Counted from the first letter of the stretch, positions 1 through 9,930 are shown. The stretch: 64,000 nt of DNA from Bacillales bacterium UBA7581 (GCA_002477825.1 DLKT01000003.1:4158-68157), one strand, 5' to 3'. The notes: a model not told the origin generated them from the letters alone. Made by a program: numbers and translations.

Positions 1-1215
1 TGGGGGAAGAAGCCTACTCCAAAAAGTTTTGCGGGTGGGGATTTGCAAGGAATAATCAATCATTTAGATGATATTCAAAATCTAGGGGTGACGGCAATCT
101 ATCTTACACCGATATTTACTTCAAAATCCAACCATAAATATGATACGCGTGACTATTATGAAATTGATGCCCATTTTGGTGATAAAACAGTTTTCTTAAA
201 ACTAGTGAACGAAATTCATAAACGAAATATGAAAATCATTTTAGATGCCGTTTTTAATCATTGTTCAGAAGACTTTCCATTCTTTATGGATGCAAAGAAA
301 AATCAAGAAAAATCACCTTATTACCATTGGTTTATTTTTCATGAGAAAGACTACGAAACTTTTGCTCATTGTTCCTATATGCCAAAATTGAACACGGAAA
401 ATCCAGAGGTCCAAGATTATCTTTTAGGAATTGTAGGATATTGGATGAAAGAATTCCATATCGATGGATGGCGCTTAGATGTTTCTGATGAAGTAGCTCA
501 TTCTTTTTGGAAAAGATTTAGAAAATACGTAAAAGCAATCAATGATCAGTGTGTCATATTAGGAGAGAATTGGCATGATGCACATCCGTATCTATTAGGT
601 GATCAATATGACGGGATCATGAATTATGCTTTTACAAAGAGTTGTATTGATTTTTTTGCGAATCATCGCTTAACTAGTGTAGAAATGGCTGAAAAATTAT
701 CAGGAATTTTGATGAGAAATAACGATATCGTTAATCAAATGATGCTTAATCTTCTAGATAGTCATGATACTGTACGTTTTATTACTTATGTTAAAGGAAA
801 CCAAAATATCCTTTTAGCCGCATTAGCGCTTCTATTCTTCTTTATTGGAAGTCCTTGCATTTATTATGGAACGGAAATTGGCTTAGAAGGAGAATATGAC
901 CCTGATTCACGTAGAACAATGGATTGGGAAAAAGCGTCAGAAAATGGTAAAATTAAAGAAGTTATAAAACAATTATGTTTGTTAAAAAAAGAAGGCTTAT
1001 TAAGTGGTGATGCCATTTCTATATCTTCTAAAGACGATATGTTAATCATTGTTCGAGAAAGTAAGAACGTTTGTTTACGATTAGTTATCAATGAATCAAA
1101 TGAAATTAAAAAGATAAGTGTAGACCATTTGATGATGTCATCACTTTATCATGATGGAATGATACAAAAGCATGGATTTTTAATTGAAAAAATAATCAAG
1201 GAGGACGGCGAATGA
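1..1215 (+). CDS. GH13 alpha-amylase-family glycosidase (cyclomaltodextrinase/neopullulanase-like), 5' end cut by window edge
   Basis: Frame 1 is open from nt 1 (WGKKPTPKSFAGGDLQGIINHLD...). The tracked M at 43 is an internal TTG. GH13 conserved regions are visible: DAVFNH, DGWRLDV, LGENWH, LLDSHDT. Confidence 0.85.
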   Translation, partial: WGKKPTPKSFAGGDLQGIINHLDDIQNLGVTAIYLTPIFTSKSNHKYDTRDYYEIDAHFGDKTVFLKLVNEIHKRNMKIILDAVFNHCSEDFPFFMDAKKNQEKSPYYHWFIFHEKDYETFAHCSYMPKLNTENPEVQDYLLGIVGYWMKEFHIDGWRLDVSDEVAHSFWKRFRKYVKAINDQCVILGENWHDAHPYLLGDQYDGIMNYAFTKSCIDFFANHRLTSVEMAEKLSGILMRNNDIVNQMMLNLLDSHDTVRFITYVKGNQNILLAALALLFFFIGSPCIYYGTEIGLEGEYDPDSRRTMDWEKASENGKIKEVIKQLCLLKKEGLLSGDAISISSKDDMLIIVRESKNVCLRLVINESNEIKKISVDHLMMSSLYHDGMIQKHGFLIEKIIKEDGE

Positions 1216-2684
1216 GAAAAAGCTTAGTGGCGATTACAAGCATTGTGTTTCATTTTTTAGTCATTTCAGGCATTGTGGTTGGAAGCGGAGTACTCCATGA
1301 ATTAGCAAACGAAAAAGATGATGATGTTATTGAAGATAAATTTACTGGGGAACTGGAAGAGAATGTTACTTTACAAATTTTAGAAAATGACACGGCTAAA
1401 TCACAAGGATACTTACAAGAATTATTAGACGCTTTTAATGAAAAGTACAAAGAATACGGTATTCAAGCCGTGGATGCTAAAATAGGTTCGTATAGTGATT
1501 TAGCAACCGATGGTCCTTATGGTTATGGCCCTGATGTTTTATATCAGGCCAATGACATCCTTATGGGATATGTAGAAGGACATCATATTCAACCACTTCC
1601 CAAAGATAAATTAGAATGTTATGAACAAGTAGATCAAAAAGCATGGGATGCGTATACATTAAATCAAGCAGGAACGAACTACATTTGTGGCGTACCCGTA
1701 AATATTCAAGGGCCTTTGCTTTTTTATCGTAAAGACTTATTACCTTCTAATTGGAAAGAAAATTGGGATAAAAACAATAATGATATTCCAGATATGGTTG
1801 AAAGTTGGACAGAACTTTATGCTTACTCTAAAGAAATTCGCAAAACTACGCCAGAAAAATATGGATATATGGAGTCGCTTAGCAATGCCTATTTTTCTTT
1901 AGGTTACTTATTTAGCTATGGCGGTTATTTGTTTGGAAATAATGGTAGAGATATAAATGATATTGGCTTATCGAAGGGAAATGCGGTAAAAGGTGCAAGT
2001 ATTGTTCGTCAATTAGCAACGATTATGAATCGAGAATGCATTGATGATAGCATTACTTTAAATTCTTATTCTCAACTAGGGAATGGTACTTATTTTGCCA
2101 CGATGACAACGCCTGATGTTTATTCTTTATTTATTGACGAAATGGTAAAAGCTTATCGAAAAGAAACACCCTCTTTATCAGAAACAAAAGCAAGAGAAAA
2201 AGCAAAAGAAAATCTTGTATTAACGGATATTCCTTCTCTTCCTAAAAATGGTGATTTAGAAAACCGAGAAGATGAAATGTTTCCATCTACTATGATGGGT
2301 GGTGTGAATGGATATGCTATGAGCGCATATACAAAATATCCAAACGCCGCATTAGAGTTCATTAATTTTGCAACGAGTTATCAAATGATAAAAAGAAGAA
2401 TGGAACTTTTGTCCATTGTTCCTGCAAGAGTTGACTTAGCAAAGGAACAAGGAGGACTTGCAGAAACCATTAATAACAATTTAAAAGAGGGCTATATTAC
2501 TGTCATGCCTAGCGTAAAAGCAATGGGACAAGTGTGGACATCGACTGGAACCTTCTTTGCGGATTTGTCGGAAGACCCATTCCGTCTAGAAAAAAATCAA
2601 AAATATAAAGATGAAGCTTCTATTTTAGAAGGACTTATGAAAGTGGATCAACAAATATATGATGCAATCCACACTTTGAAATAA
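1212..2684 (+). CDS. Oligosaccharide/maltodextrin ABC transporter substrate-binding protein (family 1 SBP)
   Basis: 4-nt overlap (ATGA) with the GH13 gene and followed by MalF/MalG-like permeases. N-terminal hydrophobic anchor (VAITSIVFHFLVISGIVVGSG) with no lipobox Cys. Size and composition are typical of MalE-like SBPs. Confidence 0.7.
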   Translation: MRKSLVAITSIVFHFLVISGIVVGSGVLHELANEKDDDVIEDKFTGELEENVTLQILENDTAKSQGYLQELLDAFNEKYKEYGIQAVDAKIGSYSDLATDGPYGYGPDVLYQANDILMGYVEGHHIQPLPKDKLECYEQVDQKAWDAYTLNQAGTNYICGVPVNIQGPLLFYRKDLLPSNWKENWDKNNNDIPDMVESWTELYAYSKEIRKTTPEKYGYMESLSNAYFSLGYLFSYGGYLFGNNGRDINDIGLSKGNAVKGASIVRQLATIMNRECIDDSITLNSYSQLGNGTYFATMTTPDVYSLFIDEMVKAYRKETPSLSETKAREKAKENLVLTDIPSLPKNGDLENREDEMFPSTMMGGVNGYAMSAYTKYPNAALEFINFATSYQMIKRRMELLSIVPARVDLAKEQGGLAETINNNLKEGYITVMPSVKAMGQVWTSTGTFFADLSEDPFRLEKNQKYKDEASILEGLMKVDQQIYDAIHTLK

Positions 2685-2697
2685 AGGAGAAATGCTT

Positions 2698-4068
2698 ATG
2701 AAAATAAAAAAGGGAATTCGGCATTTTTTCAAAAAAATAAAAGAAAAAATCTTGCAAAAATATGGAAGCGCAAAAGAAGTGATAACGCAGGCTAATGGTA
2801 AAGTTATTTGCTCTATGCTGATTATGGGGTCAGGACAACTCCTTTATAAGCGTTGGGTAAAAGGGGCTTTGTATTTCATCGCGCAAATCCTATTTTATGT
2901 TTATTTCATTTTGTTCGGCGCTAGTGACTTATTTGGCTTTTTTACCTTAGGAAAAAAGGTGGAAAACCCATGGTATGGAATCAAAGGCGATAATTCAATT
3001 ATCATGTTAATTATGGGGATTTTCGCTATTCTTGCTGTTATTTTTTACATCATTCTTTATATTCACAATGTAAAAGATGCTTATCAAATACAATGTGATG
3101 TGGATACATTAAAGACACCAAGCACGTTTAAAGATGATGTAAAAAATATGTTTGATAAGTCTTTTTATAAAACGGCTTTATTGATTCCGATTCTAGGCGT
3201 CCTAGTCTTTAGTGTATTACCTATTGTTTTTATGATCTTAATTGCCTTTACCAATTATGGTGGAGATATTGTTCCTCCAGCGTTAGTGGACTGGGTGGGA
3301 TTCTCAAACTTTAAAAAGATATTGAGTTTAGGTGAATTTGCACCAACATTCTTCAAAATTCTTTTATGGAATGTTTTATGGGCAATTTTATCCACCGCCA
3401 TTAACTATTTTGGAGGACTTGGATTAGCGTTACTTCTTAACAAAAAATGCGTAAAGGGAAAAGCCTTTTGGCGGGCATTTCCAGTTTTAGCTTATGCGAT
3501 TCCTGGTTTCATCACTTTATTAGGCTTTAAGTTTATGTTTTCTAATGGTGGACCAATCAATTATTACATTACAAAAGCAGGAGGAAAAGCGATTGGCTTT
3601 TTAGGTATTGATGCTAAATGGACGGCGAGAATTATCGGTTTATTGGTGAATGCCTGGATTAGTATCCCGACCACGATGCTTTTGGCTACAGGAATTTTAT
3701 CCAATTTAAGTCCTGATTTATTTGAGGCAGCGCGAGTTGATGGAGCGCCACCGATTAAACAATTTACAAAAATTACCTTACCTTATGTTTTATTTGCGAC
3801 AACACCAGTGTTAATTTCTCAATTTATTGGGAACTTCAACAACTTTGGAATCTTCTATTTTTTAAGAGGCAGTATTTACTCTGATGGATATTTCTTAGCA
3901 AGTGATACCGATTTATTAATTAACTGGTTATATCGTTTGTCTATCGATAATAATTATTATTCCATCGGCGCGGCCATTAGCTTAATTATCTTCATTATTA
4001 CTTCCATTATTTCTTTAACCGTTTATGTTTTATCACCATCTTATCGACAGGAGGAAACTTTTAGATGA
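2698..4068 (+). CDS. Sugar ABC transporter permease (MalF-like)
   Basis: Multiple TM segments and an EAA loop (FEAARVDGAPPIKQFTKITLP). The ATG at 2698 sits 8 nt after GGAG; the tracked ATG at 2692 is too close to the SD. Confidence 0.85.
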   Translation: MKIKKGIRHFFKKIKEKILQKYGSAKEVITQANGKVICSMLIMGSGQLLYKRWVKGALYFIAQILFYVYFILFGASDLFGFFTLGKKVENPWYGIKGDNSIIMLIMGIFAILAVIFYIILYIHNVKDAYQIQCDVDTLKTPSTFKDDVKNMFDKSFYKTALLIPILGVLVFSVLPIVFMILIAFTNYGGDIVPPALVDWVGFSNFKKILSLGEFAPTFFKILLWNVLWAILSTAINYFGGLGLALLLNKKCVKGKAFWRAFPVLAYAIPGFITLLGFKFMFSNGGPINYYITKAGGKAIGFLGIDAKWTARIIGLLVNAWISIPTTMLLATGILSNLSPDLFEAARVDGAPPIKQFTKITLPYVLFATTPVLISQFIGNFNNFGIFYFLRGSIYSDGYFLASDTDLLINWLYRLSIDNNYYSIGAAISLIIFIITSIISLTVYVLSPSYRQEETFR

Positions 4069-4913
4069 AAAATAAAAAGAGTGTTAGAATCGCAAAAAAA
4101 GTTTTCGATGTAAGTTGGACTTACCTTCTTTTAATTATTATTTCGTTTATATTTTTCTTTCCCTGTTTATGGTTAATTTTAGCTTCACTTTCTAAAACAG
4201 GATCGATTTATTCTTTTAAAGGTTTCTTTCCAGATTCATATGGGCTAGATAGCTTTAAGACCCTATTTATGGACACTACGATGTATAACTATCGAAAATG
4301 GTTTTTAAATACTTTATTCATTGCAACAATGAGTTGCATTATTGGAACTATTTTAACCATTTTAACGGCTTACTGTATGTCTAGATTTCGTTTTAAATCT
4401 CGAAAAGCATTAATGAAAACAACTTTAGTGTTAGGAATGTTTCCTTCTTTTATGGGAACGATTGCGGTTTATTTATTAATGACACAATTTAATTTAGTCA
4501 ATCAACATTGGGGACTCATTTTAATATATTCCGCTTTAGCGCCTATGGGCTATATGGTGCAAAAGGGCTTTTTTGATACGATTCCATATTCCATTGATGA
4601 AGCGGCAAGAATTGATGGAGCGAATAATTTTCAAGTATTTGTAAAGTTTATTCTTCCTTTATCTAAACCGATGTTAGTGTACACCGCATTGACCTCATTT
4701 ACCTGGCCTTGGAGTGATTTCATTCTTCCTAAGATGTTATTAAAAAATATTGATAAATATACAGTTGCAGTAGGACTGATGTCCTTAGGTGAAACAGAAT
4801 TTGCACGTTTCGCAGCGGGCGCAATCTTTATTGCAGTGCCAATTATCATTTTATATTTCTGTTTAGTTAAGTACATGATTAATGGTATGTCAGCGGGAGC
4901 TGTAAAAGAATAG
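4065..4913 (+). CDS. Sugar ABC transporter permease (MalG-like)
   Basis: 6-TM pattern and an EAA loop (DEAARIDGANNFQVFVKFILP). 4-nt overlap with the upstream permease. Confidence 0.85.
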   Translation: MKNKKSVRIAKKVFDVSWTYLLLIIISFIFFFPCLWLILASLSKTGSIYSFKGFFPDSYGLDSFKTLFMDTTMYNYRKWFLNTLFIATMSCIIGTILTILTAYCMSRFRFKSRKALMKTTLVLGMFPSFMGTIAVYLLMTQFNLVNQHWGLILIYSALAPMGYMVQKGFFDTIPYSIDEAARIDGANNFQVFVKFILPLSKPMLVYTALTSFTWPWSDFILPKMLLKNIDKYTVAVGLMSLGETEFARFAAGAIFIAVPIIILYFCLVKYMINGMSAGAVKE

Positions 4914-4927
4914 GAGGACGCAAGAAT

Positions 4928-6796
4928 ATGGCAAATGTAAGTTTAAAACACATTTATAAAGTATATCCGAATGGAGCAAAAGCAGTGAATGATTTTACCA
5001 TGGAAATTGAAGATAAATCCTTTATTGTTTTTGTTGGACCTTCTGGATGTGGAAAATCAACCACTTTACGTATGATTGCTGGTTTAGAAGAAATTTCAGC
5101 GGGAGAATTAAAAATTGGTGGCGAAGTGATGAATGATGCTGAACCAAAAGATCGTGATATTGCTATGGTTTTCCAAAACTATGCCTTATATCCACACATG
5201 ACGATTTATGAAAATATTGCATTTGGTTTACAAATGAGAAAAGTACCCAAAGATGAAATTGATCGTCGCGTAAAAGAAGCGGCTAAAACTTTAGGGATTT
5301 ATGAATATTTAAAGAAAAAGCCAAAAGAAATGTCGGGTGGCCAAAGACAACGTGTGGCGTTAGGAAGAGCAATTGTTCGGGAACCAAAGGTAATGTTATT
5401 AGATGAGCCACTAAGTAATTTGGACGCAAAGTTAAGAACGCAAATGCGGTCAGAAATCGTTAAATTACATAAAAAACTTAATACGACTTTCATTTATGTT
5501 ACTCATGATCAAGTGGAAGCGATGACGATGGGCACGCATATTGTTGTCATGAAAGATGGTTATATTCAACAAATTGATAGCCCTAAGAATCTATATTTAT
5601 ACCCAGAAAATAAGTTTGTTGCTGGCTTTATTGGAACACCACAAATGAATTTCTTTGATGGCGTTTTAGCACATGATGAAAAAGGAACATATGTAACGAT
5701 TCATAATACCGAATTAAAAATTTATTTACCACAGGAGCGGTTACTTCGTCTCATGCCAAAGTATCGCAAAAATGAACATGAAATTTATTTAGGAATACGT
5801 TCAGAAAATATTGTTTTAGAAGAAAAAAAGAAAAACAATTCATCCCATCAATTGCCTTTTAGAGTATCTCATGTAGAAGACTTAGGAACGGAAACCTTAG
5901 TGTATGGAAGTTTAGATTTAAATCAAGAGGATAATTTAGAAGAAGCTAATAAAATTATTATTAAAGCAAAAGCCTTTTTAGAATTTGAGCCAGGACAAAT
6001 TGCTTATGCTGTTTTTGATCCACAAGCACTCCATCTATTTGATAAAGAAACAGAGAATAACATGATTCCTAGAATGCCGGAATTGAATGAATATCCAGTG
6101 ACTATTCATAATGGAGTGGCTCATTTCTTAGATCTTGAACTACCTTTCAATAATTTAGAGAATCATTTAAACGGACAAGGAACAATACAAATCCCAGTTT
6201 CCGCGATTCGAATGAATGGACCATTTTCTGCCACTTTAAAAAAGTGTTCCAAAATAGGAAAAGATTATCTTCTCTTACTAGAGCGTAATGGAAATTTCTT
6301 ATTTGCATTAAGCAAAGAAGAAATGCAAGAAGGAGAAGTATCCTTTGATATTGATGATAAACAAGTTGAAATTTTAATGGATGAGCAAAAAGTAGTTACT
6401 GCTTTACCAAAGTATAATGAATTTTTGGGTGGGTTTATGATGCAAAGAGTCCCTAAAAAGGTAGCGGATTATTATTTTACTTTTGAAAACGCACAATTTT
6501 TGGCAAATGAAGAGCAAAGGCAAAAAATGCTGAAGGCCTATAGTGGAAGAAAAGTTTTTCACACTCAGTTCAAATATCTTATTTGTCCTTATGATATTCG
6601 CATTTCTTCTTCAGGAATTCCTGCAAAAGTAATAGAAAAGATAAATTATCGATACGAAAGCTTTTTAAAATGTGAAGTGAATGGGCAAATTGTTTATGCT
6701 TCTGGTGATGCAAAAGTAGGTGAACAAGTCTTTTTAACCATTAATACTTCTCATCTTTTGGCAATAGAAGAGGCAAGAAACATACAGATCATTTAG
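4928..6796 (+). CDS. Sugar ABC transporter ATP-binding protein (MsmK/MalK type) with ~240-aa C-terminal extension
   Basis: Walker A GPSGCGKST, Q-loop VFQNYALYPH, signature MSGGQRQR, Walker B MLLDEP, H-loop VTHDQ. A canonical MalK regulatory domain ends near aa 378 (LHLFDKETE) and the protein continues to aa 622. Confidence 0.9.
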   Translation: MANVSLKHIYKVYPNGAKAVNDFTMEIEDKSFIVFVGPSGCGKSTTLRMIAGLEEISAGELKIGGEVMNDAEPKDRDIAMVFQNYALYPHMTIYENIAFGLQMRKVPKDEIDRRVKEAAKTLGIYEYLKKKPKEMSGGQRQRVALGRAIVREPKVMLLDEPLSNLDAKLRTQMRSEIVKLHKKLNTTFIYVTHDQVEAMTMGTHIVVMKDGYIQQIDSPKNLYLYPENKFVAGFIGTPQMNFFDGVLAHDEKGTYVTIHNTELKIYLPQERLLRLMPKYRKNEHEIYLGIRSENIVLEEKKKNNSSHQLPFRVSHVEDLGTETLVYGSLDLNQEDNLEEANKIIIKAKAFLEFEPGQIAYAVFDPQALHLFDKETENNMIPRMPELNEYPVTIHNGVAHFLDLELPFNNLENHLNGQGTIQIPVSAIRMNGPFSATLKKCSKIGKDYLLLLERNGNFLFALSKEEMQEGEVSFDIDDKQVEILMDEQKVVTALPKYNEFLGGFMMQRVPKKVADYYFTFENAQFLANEEQRQKMLKAYSGRKVFHTQFKYLICPYDIRISSSGIPAKVIEKINYRYESFLKCEVNGQIVYASGDAKVGEQVFLTINTSHLLAIEEARNIQII

Positions 6797-6815
6797 TTTT
6801 TAACGATAAAATAAA

Positions 6816-6853
6816 AAAACGGAAGTAATAGTGAATTAACTTTCGTTTTTTTA
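6816..6853 (+). terminator. Rho-independent terminator of the sugar ABC operon
   Basis: aaaacggaagt-N12-actttcgtttt hairpin (one G-U pair) followed by a T run. Confidence 0.7.
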
Positions 6854-6982
6854 TATTGAAAGTACAAGAATATTATCCTGATTTTCTGGAGAGTGTATTT
6901 ATTTTCTTTTTTTAAAATGCTAAAATCTAAAAAGTAATTTTGAATCTAGATAGGGTTCAAAATGAAAGGGGAGTTGAAAAAG

Positions 6983-7672
6983 ATGAATAAAAAATGGAAA
7001 AAAGATATTTTAATTTCATTTATATTATTTTTTGTTTTTATTATTTATACGGTTTTAGTAAAATTCATAGACATTCAAGCCATTGGACCCAATGATTCAA
7101 AAGTGGGCTTTTCCTCTTTAAATCAAATTGTGCATCAATGGTTTCCTGGTAATTTTACACTCTATGACATTACGGACTGGGGTAGCATAGTTCCTATTGG
7201 TGCGGCCTTTGTACTTGCTATTTTTGGATTAGCACAATGGATACAAAGAAAGAAATTATTGAGAATAGATGGAAATATTTTAGCATTAGGTGTTAGTTAT
7301 TTATTAACATTTATCATCTATCTTTTCTTTGAATTTGTCGTAATTAATCGTCGCCCTGTATTAATTAATGGGATTTTAGAAGCTTCTTATCCATCATCGA
7401 CAACCATGCTTTCTTTAGTGATTTTAACGACGTGCATAGATCAAGTTTACATCTATATTAAAAATAAATATTTAAAATATATTTTAATTAGTTTTAGTGG
7501 AGTCTATGCATTATTCTTAGTAGTAGGAAGAATCATTGCTGGTGTCCATTGGGCAAGCGATATTATTGGCGCGATGTTAGTAAGTTCGGCTTTAATATTT
7601 ACTTATTTTGGATTAAAGTCCTTATTAATAGAAAAATTAAAAACTGAATCAAATGAAACGAGTGCTCGATAA
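6983..7672 (+). CDS. PAP2-family membrane phosphatase
   Basis: Multi-TM protein with PAP2-like motifs (YPSSTT ... GRIIAGVHWASDIIGA, i.e. R-x5-H-x3-D). The ATG at 6983 follows an AGGGGAG SD; the alternative start at 6962 has a weaker SD. Confidence 0.6.
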   Translation: MNKKWKKDILISFILFFVFIIYTVLVKFIDIQAIGPNDSKVGFSSLNQIVHQWFPGNFTLYDITDWGSIVPIGAAFVLAIFGLAQWIQRKKLLRIDGNILALGVSYLLTFIIYLFFEFVVINRRPVLINGILEASYPSSTTMLSLVILTTCIDQVYIYIKNKYLKYILISFSGVYALFLVVGRIIAGVHWASDIIGAMLVSSALIFTYFGLKSLLIEKLKTESNETSAR

Positions 7673-7687
7673 TGAACACTCGTTTTT
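7657..7687 (+). terminator. Rho-independent terminator after the PAP2 gene
   Basis: aacgagtg-N12-cactcgtt hairpin with the stop codon in the loop, followed by ttt. Confidence 0.6.
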
Positions 7688-7897
7688 AGCATAAATATAT
7701 TGCGCTTTTAAAAAAATGTGCTATTCTTTAATTAGCTTTTCAAAATTGAATCTGAAAAAAGAAAAGAAATCTCTCTAAAATTTTTTAGAATTTTTCTTCA
7801 CCTTTTTAAGAAACTACAAAAGGAGAGGCTGCTATAACAAGTCGTAAATCATCCTAAAATGAAGTAACAATCATTCAAACTAAGGAGGAAAAGGAAA

Positions 7898-8251
7898 ATG
7901 GGACAATGGATAGCGGTTTTAAAAGTAGATGGAAATGTTGAATATTTAGAATTATCAGAGCTCAATAGTTATCATGCCTTAGGAGAAGCTTTAGGCGGAA
8001 AACGAATTGATGCTTTTCGTCCATACCATCTCACTTATCAAGAACAACAAGTTTTTATCGGTGTGGACTCCGATGCTTGTCTAAAAAGACTTTCGAAAAA
8101 TGATAGCATTTCATCGCTTTATCATAGTACAATCTTTGGAGACGTCGTTTTACTATTAGAAAATCCACAAAATTACAAACTATCTGGATTTTCTAGTAAA
8201 GAAGAAGCCCAACAATTTACGCAATTTGTTTTATCTGCTTGCGTAAATTAG
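7898..8251 (+). CDS. Small hypothetical protein (117 aa), possibly DUF3846-like
   Basis: Strong SD (AAGGAGGAAAAGG). The pattern of a short beta-rich N-terminus (IAVLKVDGNVEYLEL...LGEALGG.RID) and a C-terminal FS.EEA..F resembles DUF3846 from memory only. Confidence 0.35.
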   Translation: MGQWIAVLKVDGNVEYLELSELNSYHALGEALGGKRIDAFRPYHLTYQEQQVFIGVDSDACLKRLSKNDSISSLYHSTIFGDVVLLLENPQNYKLSGFSSKEEAQQFTQFVLSACVN

Positions 8252-8310
8252 TATTGCGTCTTCGTTGCGCTTCTAGCAAAATTTATTTATGATAATATAA
8301 GGGTGTTATC

Positions 8311-8877
8311 ATGAATCTTCAAGATGTTATTTTAGAAATTCAAAATTATATTCCACAGAATCAAGATGAAGTAGCATGTCAAAAAGAGATGCTTTCTTTT
8401 CTTCATACGTTTAAAAGCCAAGCTTTTTCTAGAGAAAACGAAAAAGGACACTTTTCTGCCTCTTGTATTGTGGTGAATGAAGAAAAAACAAAAGTACTTT
8501 TTGTCTATCATTTAATCTACCAATCTTGGTCTTTTGTTGGTGGACACACTGATGGAAATATGGATCTTTTTAAAATAGCAAAAAAAGAATTAAAAGAAGA
8601 AACGGGAGTAACCCCTTTAAAAGCGTACCCCCATTTTGTAGCGATACAAAAATTATTTGTGCCAGAACATATTAAACAAGGTAAAACAATAAAAGCGCAT
8701 TATCATTATGATGTGTGTTATTTATTCATGGCTAAAGAAAGTACACCTCTAAAAATGAAAGAAGACGAAAATAAGGGCATATCATGGCTTCCTATAGCTA
8801 ATCTTTCTTCTTATGTAAGTGAAGCGCATATGTTACCCATTTATAGCAAAATATTAAGGAAAATGGATTTATTATGA
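8311..8877 (+). CDS. NUDIX hydrolase
   Basis: Nudix box GGHTDGNMDLFKIAKKELKEETGV. The REUxEExGU part is kept as KELKEETGV, while the upstream Glu position is non-canonical. Confidence 0.8.
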   Translation: MNLQDVILEIQNYIPQNQDEVACQKEMLSFLHTFKSQAFSRENEKGHFSASCIVVNEEKTKVLFVYHLIYQSWSFVGGHTDGNMDLFKIAKKELKEETGVTPLKAYPHFVAIQKLFVPEHIKQGKTIKAHYHYDVCYLFMAKESTPLKMKEDENKGISWLPIANLSSYVSEAHMLPIYSKILRKMDLL

Positions 8878-9911
8878 TGAACGCTGAAGAATTAATCTAT
8901 GATTGGTTTATCAAAGAACAAAGAATACTTCCTTGGCGTAACATTAAAGATCCTTATCGCATTTGGATATCAGAAATTATGCTTCAACAAACAAGGGTAG
9001 AAACCGTTAAAGATTACTATTTGCGGTTTATGGATAAATATCCCAATGTGGATGCTTTAGCTGCTGCTCCTTTAGATGAAGTTTTAAAGTTATGGGAAGG
9101 CTTAGGATATTATTCTCGGGCTAAAAATATGCATCAATGCGCAAAAGCAATACAGAATCTAGGTACTTTTCCTAAAACGTATGAAGAATGGCTGGCTCTA
9201 CCAGGGATTGGTGTATACACCGCTAGTGCAATTGTTTCTAATGCCTTTGATATTAAAGTGGCGGCAGTTGATGGGAACGTTCTTCGCGTTTATAGCCGTT
9301 TCATGGGACTAGAAGATGATATTGCTTTAGAAAAAACGAAGAAAAAATATAAAGCTTTAATTGAAGAGCAATTATTAAAAGATAAAGCACCAGGTATTAT
9401 GAACCAAGCATTCATGGAATTGGGCGCAACGATATGCTTACCCAAAAATCCAAAATGTGACAAATGCCCTTGGAATTCTCTTTGTATTGCACATCAAAAA
9501 GGCTTAGAAAAAGTTTTACCAATCAAAAAGAAAAAGGTAACGCAAAAAAGAAAAGAAAAAACAGCATTATTTTATATGTATCAAAATCAGTTAGCGTTAC
9601 TAAAAAAAGAAGAAGGATTACTCAGTGACTTTTATGGACCTATTCTGCTTGAAAAATGGTTAACTTTAGTCGATGTGGAAAATGAATGTATTGATAATAA
9701 CATACATGCAGCTATTATTCCTTTAAAAGAAGTTCAGCATGTGTTTACCCATCGGATATGGGATATGAGAGGTTATTTAATTATTTTAAAGGAGCCCTAT
9801 CATCAAGAGGACATGGTTTTTTATTCATTAAGAGAAATAGAAGAAAATATAGCGATTCCGTCCGCTTATAAAAAGTTTATTTTAGAAATAAAAAAGATCT
9901 TAAACCTTTAA
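8874..9911 (+). CDS. mutY: A/G-specific adenine DNA glycosylase
   Basis: The N-terminus (LPWR..KDPYRIWISEIMLQQTRV) and the HhH region are typical of MutY. Fe-S cluster loop C-x6-C-x2-C-x5-C (CLPKNPKCDKCPWNSLC) and a C-terminal MutT-like domain. ATGA overlap with the Nudix gene. Confidence 0.9.
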   Translation: MMNAEELIYDWFIKEQRILPWRNIKDPYRIWISEIMLQQTRVETVKDYYLRFMDKYPNVDALAAAPLDEVLKLWEGLGYYSRAKNMHQCAKAIQNLGTFPKTYEEWLALPGIGVYTASAIVSNAFDIKVAAVDGNVLRVYSRFMGLEDDIALEKTKKKYKALIEEQLLKDKAPGIMNQAFMELGATICLPKNPKCDKCPWNSLCIAHQKGLEKVLPIKKKKVTQKRKEKTALFYMYQNQLALLKKEEGLLSDFYGPILLEKWLTLVDVENECIDNNIHAAIIPLKEVQHVFTHRIWDMRGYLIILKEPYHQEDMVFYSLREIEENIAIPSAYKKFILEIKKILNL

Positions 9912-9929
9912 AGCCTAAGATCTTTTTTT
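9891..9929. terminator. Bidirectional terminator between mutY and yebC
   Basis: aaaaagatctta-N13-taagatcttttt hairpin flanked by A and T runs. The mutY stop codon lies in the loop. Confidence 0.7.
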
Positions 9930-9930
9930 C

